Part shown: positions 50,131 through 61,600 of the stretch, one piece after another | How positions within the stretch are numbered: the first letter of the stretch is position 1 | Layout of the letters: each line of letters opens with the position of its first letter | Source of the DNA: Torpedo marmorata | Lineage: Eukaryota | Length of the DNA: 64,000 nucleotides | NCBI GenBank assembly: GCA_977017645.1 | Contig: OZ360251.1 | Location: forward strand, 34,658,001-34,722,000 | Direction: 5' to 3' | Translations under genes and position numbers: made by a program | The notes under the pieces: generated by a model | The model's database searches: none | Told to the model about the DNA's origin: nothing | What the model saw: only the letters and a program-made list of their open reading frames with translations

Positions 50131-52227
50131 ACTACCTTACTATGACTTTTTCTTGCACTATTTTTTATTTATTTTATAGGGTGGTTTATATAAACGTTTG
50201 CACTGTGATGCTGCCGCAAAACAACAAATTTTGTGACATGTTCATGACAATAAATTCTGATGCTGATTCTTAGAAAGCAAAGATATTTAGGGTAATAACG
50301 AGGTTCAGAAGGATACGGACCAAATGCAGGCTAACGGGATGAGCCCAGAATGCTAACTTGGTCAGCATGGATAAGTTGGGCTGAAGGGCCTGCTGTATGA
50401 CTCCAGAGAATTCAGATTTCTGATTTCTGATTTCAGATTTATTGTCAGAGTACATACATGACATCACATACAACCCTGAGATTCTTTCTCCTGCGGCCGC
50501 GGCAGAATTACCACTTATTGGTAGTGCAAAAAAAACTGTACACAACGTACATATGTTTAGGGAACGTATACATGTGCTGCTCTCCGACGGCAGCGTTCCC
50601 CGTAGATGTTCTCGATGGTGCGGAGGGTTTTGCCTGTGATGTCCTGGTTTGTGTCCGTTACCTTTTGCACGGCTTTCTGCTCGGGGGCATTGGTGTCCCC
50701 ATACCAAACCGTGATGCAGCCTGCTTAATCTCTCCCTGCCTGCAAACTCGCCATCCCTGGAACTGATCTGGTGAATCTTTGCTGCACTCCCTCAACCACA
50801 AATACATCCATAGATTAGAAGACAAGACCTGTACACAATGTTCTAGGTGTGGTCGCGCCACAGCCCTCTTTAGTTTCACTAAGATGTCAGCACTGCTAAC
50901 ACTCAAATTCTCTTTCAAGAAAAGCCAACATGTTGTTTGCTTTTCTCGCTGCTTGCTGCACCAACACGTTATCTCTCTCAGTGATCCCCTGCGAATCTAA
51001 GAATAGCAACTCATCAATGACTTCCCGTTTTAATTTTTAGGAGAAAGTTACAGGGACTGTAACCAGAACCTGAGGGGGTAACATTATTCCATGGAGGGTG
51101 GAGGGTTGATGGACCGGGCTGTCGGAGGAGGGGTCTGAGGCATCCACTGGGGGAGGATCTGGGAAATGGGAGTGGGATTCCCTGAGTGTGTGTGCACACA
51201 TGTGTGTAGGTGTGTATGTGTGTGTGTGCGTGTGTGCGCTGACCTCTCAGTGACCACGGTGTGCTGACCTCACACAGCTCCAATGTCCAGGCACCTCCAC
51301 ACCGCCTACCTCCACACCGCCCGCCACGCCGACATTGGGTGCGGAGCGGCAGTGCGTGCTGCCCTGAACCCCGGCCAGGATTGCAGCGAGGCTGAGCCTG
51401 GCCACAAGCCACGGAAAACAAAGCTGTCATTCAGCGGGATGCTGCTCGTTGCTCAGCAACAAATATTTGGCACATGTGCCCGTCACTGGCATGAGGCACG
51501 GCCCTCGTCCCTCCAACCCTCGCAGATGCAAATATTAAACCAGCCCGCAGCAGTTTTATCTTAACTTTGCAGCTTAATTGTGTTACGCATGACTTAATAC
51601 GTTCCCTTTGTTGTCCCCACACACACACACACACCCACAAGACCTCTTCTCAGTCATAACAACTGTGCACTCGTGGTGTTTAAAACGCAGTCTGTTCACT
51701 TTTGACATTCTTTCACGCAACTTACTAAGTCGTCCAACGTCCTCATTCCAAAGCTCCTGCTTATCTTTGGAGATTCGCATGTCACCGTCTAAACATCATT
51801 TAATTTTTCCTGTTTTGCAATTAAAAAAAAGTAAATCCCCACACTTTTCTGGAGGAAATCAGCAGGTCGAGCAGCATCAGCGGGTGAAGAAAGAACAGTC
51901 GACGATACCGGTCAAGACCCTTCGTCAAAACTCCTTATGTATTTCCCCACCATCCCCCCTCCCCCCGCCCCCTCCCCCCCACCCTCCACTCTCTCCAGTT
52001 TCTGAGCTGAAACATCTCAGATGCTGAGTTCCTCCAGCATTTTGCTTTCTTTTGCTCTGATTCCATCGTCTGGAGTCTCTCTCACGTGTCCATAACTTTA
52101 TTTCCAAACCCCTCCTTCAGTAAACTGTGACAAGGAGTCGAGGTCGCAGACACCTGGCATTTAAGAAGTTTGCAAGTGCCATGTACTGTCAGTGAGGCTC
52201 TCAGGGGAGTTTGTTTTTACATTTAAA

Positions 52228-52652
52228 AATAAAATTTAGACATACAGCGCAGTAACAGGCCATTTCGGCCCACGGGCCCGTGCCGCCCAAATACACCCAA
52301 TTAACCTACATCAAAACCCAGTACGTTTTGAGGGATGGGAGGAAACCGGAGCACCCGGAGGAGTTTGTACATTCTCTCTGTGTCTACGTGGGTTTTCCCC
52401 GGGGGCTCCGGTTTCCTCCCACCGTTCAAAACATACCAGGGGTGTAGGTTAATTGGGTGTAAATTGGGCGGCACGGACTCGTGGGCCGAAAGGGCCTGTT
52501 ACCGTGCTGTATGTCTAAATTTAAATTTAAATTTAAAATTTAAACCCACGCAGACAAAGGGAGAATGTACAAACTCCGTGCGGGATCGAACCCAGGTCCT
52601 GATCGCTGGCGTTGTAACAGTGTTGCACTAACCGCTACGCCAACCGTGCCGC
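52228..52652. mobile_element. Composite V-SINE: minus copy interrupted by a plus-strand 3' half
   Basis: Minus tail 52228-52360, plus part 52358-52540, minus head 52541-52652. Confidence 0.75.
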
Positions 52653-52809
52653 CATGAGAGACTAGTGGGTTTCTTGAGACGGGTTACCGGAAATACTCGT
52701 GTAATAGTCTAGTTTTTCAGACCTGTTTTTCAGGTCAAATTTTGGGGAGGCGGGGGGTCAACTTTTACACGGGTCATATCTTTGACCGCGGTAAGTACAT
52801 GCGTCGTTC

Positions 52810-53385
52810 TTTTCTCTTTTTTAAAAATATTTTATTTTCATTTTTAACAAACAATGAAACAAAATACTTCAAAAACAGATATCACATTATATAGTAATAC
52901 AATAAAAGTAACATATATAATAAAAAAAACCCAATGACCCCAAACCTCCCCCCAAAAGAAAAAAAAAACTAAACAAAACAAGTGGTCGACAATGTTTATA
53001 TAATTACTAATTTCAAATATATAAAAGAAAGAAAAACTCCAAGGCTTCCCGGCAACAGGGCTTATCGCGTGAAGGAACCCAAAACAAATTAATAGCAAAT
53101 CTTCTTTGATTTAATTTATCCTGACCCCAAATAATCTAAATAAGGTTGTCAAATTTTATAAAAAATAACCTGTTTGTTTTTTAATGTTATACGTAATTTT
53201 CTCCAATGGAATACAACTATTTATTTCTGAGGTCCATCTATCAATAGACAATGGGGAATCTGACTTCCAAGTCGTCATTAAACACTTTCTAGCCACAAAA
53301 AAAGCTATTCCCAAAAATATAATTTGATATCTGGTTAGGGTGTCCTTAATAGTAGTAAAATTTCCCAAAAGGCATATCTCTGGAT
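52810..53385 (-). mobile_element. L1 3' fragment
   Basis: ARKCLMTTWKS..W..IPLEKITY; A-rich 3' end. Confidence 0.75.
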
Positions 53386-53865
53386 CTGAGGGTGGTGAGA
53401 TACAAACCAGAGGACATGGGTTAAGAGTGAAAGGGGAAAAGTTTAGGGGGAACGTGAGGGGGAATTTCTTCACACAGAGAGTGGTGGGAGTGTGGAACGA
53501 GCTGCCAGCTGAGGTGGTGAATGCAGGCTCGATTTTAACATTTAAGAAGAATTTTGACAGGTACACGGATGGGAGGGGTATGGAGGGATATGGACTGGGT
53601 GCAGGTCAGTGGGACTAGGCAGAATAATAGTTCAGCGCAGACTAGAAGGGCTGAAGGGCCTGTTTCTGTGCTGCAATGTTCTATGGTTCTATCTGGCCCA
53701 TTTCCTTCTTGGCCTTTTCTATAGATGTTTCTATTTTGGATGGTTAATGGAAAGGAAGGGGTATGGTCATGGTATGGATTAGTGGGACTAGGCAGAATAA
53801 TAGTTTGGCACAGACTAGATGAACGAAGGGCCTGTTTTCTGTGCTGTAATGTTCTATGGTTCTGT
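53385..53865 (+). mobile_element. CR1 3' ends (two tails)
   Basis: IQTRGHGLRVKGEKF..NFFTQRVV; CR1 tails. Confidence 0.85.
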
Positions 53866-54221
53866 CCGGGCCTGCTTCCTCCTGGCATGGACCACCGTCT
53901 GGGTGAAAAACCCCTCTGGATCCTCTTACACCTCTCCTGCCTCACCTTGAACCTTCTCGTGCCTTTGAGTTCTATCATCGAGAAAGTTGGAAACATCCAG
54001 GCTCCTTCCTCAGTACTGCAGGCACCGGGAGATTTGCACGACACCCGACACAGGCAGGGGAGAGCGCTGTCATTCCAGACACAGCGAGATGGAAGAGAGC
54101 ACAAGAGGGGAATTAATTCAAAGGTGGAGCTGACTCCACGGCCAGATCAGCCACCATCTCATTGAATGGCGGAGCAGGCTCGATGGGCCGGATCCTGCTC
54201 CTAATTCTTGTGTTCCTATAT

Positions 54222-55160
54222 TAGAACCATAGAACATTACAGCACAGAAACAGGCCATTCGGCCCTACTAGTCTGTGCCGAACTATTATTCTACCTAGTC
54301 CCACTGATCTGCACCCCAACCATATCCGTCCATACCCCTCCCATCCATGTACCTGTCCAAATTTGTCTTAAAAATTAAAATTGAGCCCGCATTCACCACT
54401 TCAGCTGGCAGCTCGTTCCACACTCCCACCACTCTCTGTGTGAAGAAGTTCCCCCTCATGTTCCCCCTAAACATTTCCCCTTTCACTCTTAACCCATGTC
54501 CTCTGGTTTGTATCTCACCTACGCTCAGTGGAAAAAGCCTATCTACATTTACTCTGTCTATCCCCCTCATAATTTTAAATACCTCTATCAAATCTCCCCT
54601 CATTCTTCTACGCTTCAGGGAATAAATTCCTAATCTGTTTAACCTTTCCCTGTAACTCAGTTCCTGAAGTCCGGGCAACATCCTAGTAAATCTTCTCTGC
54701 ACTCTTTCAATCTTATTTATATCTTTCCTGTAGTTAGGTGACCAAAAATGCACACAATGCTCCAAATTTGGCCTCACTAATGTCTTATACAACTTTAACA
54801 TAACATCCCAACTCCTATACTCAATACTTTGATTTATGAAGGCCAATATGCCAAAAGCTCTTTTTACAACCCTATCTACCTGCGACGCCACTTTCAGGGA
54901 ATTATGTATCCGTATTCCCAGGTCCCTCTGTTCTACCGCACTCCTCAGTGCCCTACCATTTACCATGTACGTCCTTTCTTGGTTTGTCCTTCCAAAATGC
55001 AACACCTCACACTTGTCGCATTAAATTCCATCTGCCATTTTTCAGCCCATTTTTCCAGCTGGTCCAGATCCCTCTGCAAGCTTTGAAAACCTTCCTCGCT
55101 GTCCACAACGCCTCCTTTCTTTGTGTCATCTGCAAATTTGCTGATCCAATTTACCACATT
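54222..55160 (-). mobile_element. CR1 ORF2 3' ~0.9 kb
   Basis: ISKFADDTK, KWQMEFN, LVRPNLEHCVHFWSP. Confidence 0.9.
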
Positions 55161-55164
55161 AAAA

Positions 55165-55420
55165 AAAAAGTTAGAATAACTTGTCCTTACCTTGCCTCAA
55201 CTCCTGCACCTTCTCCTCAGCCGCTGCTCGCCGAAGCCCCTCGAGCCTAAGCCTCAAATTCCCACTCGTACCCTGAGCCACTCACACACTGGCCACTCCG
55301 ATTGTGCTTCCCCTCTTTTTATTGGCTGTAGCTAATTGGCCAATGGAGAGATCCAAAAGAACACTTACCTATCCCGTTGTCGATTTATCTGATTGGAACA
55401 TGCTTGCTCCGCCCCTCGCT
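55165..55420 (-). promoter_or_regulatory. Promoter-like block with splice donor (possible CR1 5'UTR)
   Basis: GC box, three CCAAT boxes, ATAAAAAG, AAG|GTAAGG donor at 55191/55190. Confidence 0.45.
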
Positions 55421-55499
55421 CACAGCTTGTTCCCACAATCCCTGGTCGAGTTCCAAGAGATGTTCCTTGGAAGGGAAAATTGCTGGAGAAACTCAGCAG

Positions 55500-56200
55500 G
55501 TCAGATCAGATTTAGATTTTTTGTCAGAGTACATATATGACATAACATACAACCCTGAGATTCTTTTTCCGGTAGGCGTGGCAGAATTACCACTTATTGG
55601 TAGTGCAAAAAAAACTGTACTCAGGACGATATGTAAACATATAAACAAATAAAGAAATGTAAACAAACTGTGCAATACAGAGAGAAAAAAATCAATAAAG
55701 TGCAAAAGTAAGAGTCCTTAAATGAGTCTCTGATTGAGTTTGTCGTTGAGGAGTCTGATGGTGGAGGGGTGGCAGCTGTTCCTGAACCTGGTGGTGCGAG
55801 TCTTGTGGCACCTATACCTCTTTCCTGATGGCAGCAGCGAGAACAGAGCGTGTGCTGGGTGGTGTGGATCCTTGATGATTGCTGCTGCTCTCCGACGGCA
55901 GTGTTCCCTGTCGATGTTCTCAATGGTGGGGAGGGTTTTGCCTGTGATGTCCTGGGCTGTGTCCACTACCTTTTGCAGGGCTTTACGCTTGGGGGTATTG
56001 GTGTCCCCATACCAGACCGTGATGCAGCCGATCAGCACACTTTCCACCACACATCTGTAGAAATTTGATAGGGTTTCCGATGTTACACCAAATCTCCGCA
56101 AACTCCTGAGGAAGTAGAGGCGCTGACGTGCTTTCTTCACGATGCCATTAGTGTGTTGGGTCTAGAAAAGATCCTCCGAGATAGTAACTCCCAAGAACTT
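55500..56200 (-). mobile_element. Rex1/Babar 3' fragment
   Basis: ORF 55718..56140(-). Confidence 0.88.
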
Positions 56201-56389
56201 AATCACGCATTGATAGGAAGTAAAAGGCAGTCAACATTTCGGTCCTGAGCCCGTGTTCAGGAGTTGCAAAAATCAGGCAGACGTCTGAATAAATATGTGG
56301 GGGTGGGGGAGAGGAGAAAGTGGCAGGAACACAGAGGTAAAGGGGAGAGAGAGGCTCAGTTACATTGGCCACTCTTCTTCTACCGCAGG

Positions 56390-57295
56390 TACACACCCAT
56401 GGCTGTGTGGCCAGTCACAATTCCAATGATATCTACAAATTTGCCGATGACACCTCGATTGTCGGCAGAATCACAAACGGATGAGGAAGCGTACAGGAGG
56501 GAGATAGATCAACTCGTTCAGTGGTGTCACACCAACAACCTTGCACGCAATGTTATTAAAACCAAGAGATGATTGTGGATTTCAGGAGGAAGTCAGGGGA
56601 ACACGACCCAGTCCTCATCGAGGGCTCAGTAGTGGAGAGGGTCAAAAACTTCAAATTCAAATTCATGGGTGTCAACATCTCCGAGGATCTGTCCTGGAGC
56701 CTCCACGTTGATGCAATCACGAAGAAGGCTTGCCAGCGGCTATACTTTGTGAGGTGTTTGAAGAACATCGGTATGTTACCGAAGACTCTCGTAAACCTCT
56801 ACAGGTGTACCGTGGAGAGCATTCTGGCTGGTTGCATCACTGTCTGGTATGGAGGTGTCAACGCTCAGGACAAGAAAAAACTCCAGAGTTATTAACTCGG
56901 CCTGCGACATCACAGGCACCAGACTTCACTCCATCGAGGACATCTACAAGAGGCGGTGTCTTAAGAAAGCAGACTCTAACCTCAAGGACCCCCACCACCC
57001 AGGCCATGCCCTCTTCACTCTGCTACCATTGGGAAAAAGGTACAGGAGCCTGAAGATGAGCACTCAACGGCACAAGGACAGCTTCTTCCCCGCTGCCAAC
57101 AGATTCCTGAATGATCAATGAAAAACAGACACTGCTTACTTTGACTTTTCTTGCACTATTTATACATATTTTTGTAAGGTGGTTTATACAAAATGTTTGC
57201 ACTATGATGCTGCCGCAAAACAACGAATTTCGTGACTTGTTCATGACAATAAATTCTGATTCTGATTCTGATTCTGATTCAGATTCTGATTCTGA
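56390..57295 (+). mobile_element. Rex1/Babar RT 3' fragment
   Basis: KFADD...; (TTCTGA)n tail. Confidence 0.88.
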
Positions 57296-57769
57296 AGTCT
57301 CGAGGCGCAGCAGCAGTTTGTTTTGCTGGGCTACCTGTTAACCATGTTGTCGAGTGCCTCTGGCGGTTGTTTGCAAAGACACCTCGCCAATGCAGCGTTG
57401 CTATCTGGCAAACCAGTCGTGTGTGCTGTTACTGTTGACATCACCACACCTGACATTACACAAGTCCCTGCTCAATGGCCAAGGGCATCTTGCGTCTGTT
57501 TACATAACACTCACTCCTGTCTCTACCTGTTCTCGTTCTTTCCCAGCTGCGGCCTCCGAGGTTCCTCTGTGCGCAAGAGAGCCAAAAGGGAGGTGATGAG
57601 ATGGATTTTAACATGTAGAGAGGTTAGAGTTTGCAGGGGAAGGGTGAAGACTCTTTCAACCTTAACGTTCAAGGGAAAAGGTCTCAGGGTGAAACACAAA
57701 AGTCTGCAGATGCTGTGATTGTAGTAAAAACACACTAAAAAGCTGGAGGAACTCTGAGGAAAGTTCATC

Positions 57770-58270
57770 TTCCACCCTCCATCCTTACTACATTCTACAG
57801 GGGATGTATTGAGAGTATTCTGAGCAATTGCATCACCGCTTGGTTTGGAAACTGTACCATCTCAGACCGTAAGACCCTGCAGAGGATAGTGGGGTCAGCG
57901 GAGAAAATTATTGGGGTCTCTCTTCCCACCATGACGGACATCTACAACACACGATGCATGCGAAAGGCAAATAACATTGTGAAGGACTTCTCACACCCCT
58001 CTTGTAAACTTTTCTCCCTTCTGCCATCTGGAAGGAGGTATCGTAGCTTTCGGGGCCACACGTCCAGATTATGCAACAGTTTTTTCCCCCAAGCCATCAG
58101 GCTCCTCAATTTTTAGAAATATATGTGTATTAACATGTAATAGTGTTTTATTGTATTATTGTATTATGCTATTTATGTAAGTTTGCTCATGGTCCTGGAG
58201 AAACGCTATCTCGTCTTTACTGTGTATATGGTATGAACGGCAAATAAAGGTGACTTGACTTGACTTGACT
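57770..58270 (+). mobile_element. Rex1/Babar 3' fragment (third subfamily)
   Basis: SAEKIIGVSLP..LLPSGRRYRS; (TGACT)n tail. Confidence 0.8.
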
Positions 58271-58608
58271 TGAGGCCCCTGTGGGAGTGGATTGGTTGGA
58301 TTATTTGTACACATGAATACTGTAGAAACTCGTGTAATCGTCGATACCATGTAAAAATCGACTCCCCTATTTTTGGCCCCGGCCGCCTGCCTGCCCATCT
58401 GAGCTCCCCAATGTGGATCCTCGCCCCGGCCACCTGCCCATCCGAGGTCCCGAAGCCCCGACCGCAGACTTACCACCTGGTCCCGGCCATCCGAGCTCCC
58501 GATGCCTGAATGACACAGGTACTTCACAAGGTCAACAGTTTGACCCGTGTAAAAGTCAACCCCCCCCGCCTTTTTTGGCCTGGAAAATGGTCCAAAAAAT
58601 TAGATGAT

Positions 58609-61600
58609 TGATATGCCTATCAATTAGCACTCAAGAGACTATGAGAGGGTTAACGAACCATAGGCTTTAATACACATAAAACAGACCAACAGTAGACCTG
58701 CAGATCTCGACCGGACTGTGGGCGGAGCAGTGGCACACAGGCCTTTATTCAGGTGAGAAAAGGGGAGGGATTACCTGGATACCCAAAGGAGGGGAGAGGA
58801 GTCGCCGGGACAGACAGCAGTACATACAATACACAAACAGTGGTTTACCACATTCACCCCTCCTTTTAAAAAGAGTCCAGCGGGGTGAAGTGGCCACAAT
58901 ACAATCGCTACAGGAATTCAAAATATTTACAGTCATAATCTACAGGTCAAGGCGATCCGGTGGTTTGGCTCGCCTTTGTGACCTGCGCAGTACCCTGGGT
59001 GCGGGTTGTGGTGTAGGGGGTACCCTGGGTGCGGGTTGTGGTGCAGGGGTAGATGGCAAGGCCGTCGCCTCCTCCTGTGGTGCTGGGTGAGATGGCAGGA
59101 TTGTGGGTTCCATCGAGGGTGCCTGGTCTGACGTTGTAGAAGAGGGAATAGGGAGGGGCCGCAGTGAGTGGTCTTGCCCGTCGAGAGGTTCCTCCGGCGC
59201 TCCCGCGGGCGCCAGGTCCCGAATTGAGACCGTGTCCTCTCTCCCATCCGGGAAGACCACGTAGGCGTACTGCGGGTTAGCGTGCGCTAACTGCACCCTC
59301 TGGACCGCGGGCTCATATTTGCTGCTCTGGAGGTGGTTGCGGAGCAGCACCGGCCCCGGAGACGTCAGCCAGGCAGGCAGGGCGGTTCCGGTGTTCGACC
59401 TCCTGGAGAAGGAGAAAAATCTCTCATGAGGCGTTACATTGGTGGCTGTGCACAGTAAGGACCGTATCGAATGGAGGGCTTCGGGGAGAACATCTTGCCA
59501 GCGGGAAACCGGCAGTCCCCTGGACTTGAGAGCCAGGAGCGCCGCCTTCCAGACAGTGGCGTTCTCCCTTTCCACCTGTCCATTACCTCGGGGGTTGTAT
59601 GCGGTGGTCCTACTAGTGGCGATGCCCCGGGTCAGCAGGAACTGGCGCAGCTCCTCACTCATAAAAGCTGATCCCCGGTCGCTATGAATGTAGTTCGGGA
59701 AGCCGAACAGCGTAAATACCTGGCGAAGAGCTTTTATGGTTGAGGCAGCCGAAGTGTCGGGGCAGGGAATGGCGAAGGGGAACCGCGAGTACTCGTCAAT
59801 AATGTTCAGAAAGTACACATTGCGGTTCGTGGAGGGAAGGGGCCCCTTGAAGTCAATGCTGAGACGTTCAAAGGGGCGAGTGGCTTTGATCAGCTGTGCC
59901 TTGTCGGGGCGGTAGAACTGGGGTTTGCACTCCGCGCAAACCCGGCAACTGCTGATCATTGTCCTGACCTCTTCCAGGGAGTATGGCAGGTTCTGTGACT
60001 TCACGAAGTGAAAGAGCCTGGTAATTCCTGGGTGGCATAGGTCGTCATGTAGGGCGTGTAATCGGTCGACCTGCGCGCTGGCGCATGATCCCCGGGATAG
60101 AGCATCGGAGGGCTCATTGAGCTTCCCGGGCCGGTACATGATGTCGTAATTGTAGGTGGAGAGCTCTATTCTCCACCTCATGATCTTGTCATTTTTGATC
60201 TTACCCCGCTGCTGATTGTTGAACATGAATGCCACAGAGCGTTGATCTGTCAGCAGGGTAAAATGCTTACCGGCGAGATAGTGCCTCCAATGCCTGATGG
60301 CCTCCACTATGGCCTGGGCTTCCTTCTCCACCGCTAAGTGCCGAATTTCGGGGCCCTGAAGGGTTCGAGAGAAAAATGCCACCGGCCTTCCCGCCTGGTT
60401 GAGGGTAGCAGCCAGCGCGAAGTCCGATGCATCACTCTCCACCTGGAAAGGTGTCTCCTCATCCACTGCGTGCATTGTTGCTCGCGCAATGTCCCCTTTT
60501 ATAAGGTCGAACGCCTTACGTGCCTCCAAAGCAAGGGGAAATGCAGTGGATTTCACAAGGGGTCGGGCCTTATCCGCATAATTTGGGACCCATTGGGCAT
60601 AATAGGAAAAGAACCCGAGGCATCGTTTAAGGGCTCTGGGATTGGTGGGGAGCGGAAGTTCCAGCAGGGGCCGCATGCGTTCGGGGTCTGGTCCAATTAC
60701 CCCGTTCTCGACCACATACCCCAAAATAGCGAGGCGAGTGGTACCAAACACGCATTTTTCTTTGTTATACGTGAGGTTTAGAGCTTTGGCCACCTGCAGG
60801 AACCTCCGGAGGTTGTTGTCATGGTCCTGACGATCATAACCACAGATGGTAATGTCGTCAAGATATGGGAAAGTGGCTTTAAGTTTGTAATGGTCCACAA
60901 TCCTGTCCATCTCCCGCTGAAAAACAGAAACACCATTAGTAACACCAAACGGAAGGCGCAGGAATTGGAACAGCTTGCCATCTGCCTCGAACGCGGTGTA
61001 TGAACGGTCCTCCCGACAGATAGGGAGCTGGTGATATGCCGATTTCAAGTCGATGGTGAAAAGAGACGGTATTGGGCAATTTGGTTCACCATCTCCGCTA
61101 TCCGTGGTAGCGGGTATGCGTCTAGTAGCGTAAACCTGTTAATGGTTTGGCTGTAGTCCACCACCATTCTGCTCTTGGCCCCTTTTACAACAACCACCTG
61201 GGCTCTCCAGGGACTATTACTCTTCTCTATAATCCCTTCCTGTAGCAGTCTCTGTACCTCCGTCTTGATAAATGCTCTGTCCTCGGCACTGTAATGCCTG
61301 CTTTTAGTTGCCACAGGCCTACAGTCCGGGGTCAGGTTCGCAAACAACGACGGAGGCGAGATCTTAAGGGTGGAGAGACCACAGGTGGTTTCGGGCGTGC
61401 TATCCAGAAACTGGTGGTTGGCTACAGTGATCGCGGGGAGAGGACCGTCATACCGCATTGTAACGCTCTGCAAATGGCTTTGAAAATCCAAACCCAGTAA
61501 CACCGGCGCACACAAACGGTTCCTGACAAACAAGGAAAATTGCCGGTACTCAGTCCCTTGTACCACAATGTTCGCCACACACGCCCCCCGGATGTCTGTT

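Noticed and set aside
57350-57372. CTCF-like CCGCCAGAGGCAC
   Set aside because: Lacks one core G; too weak without a PWM scan
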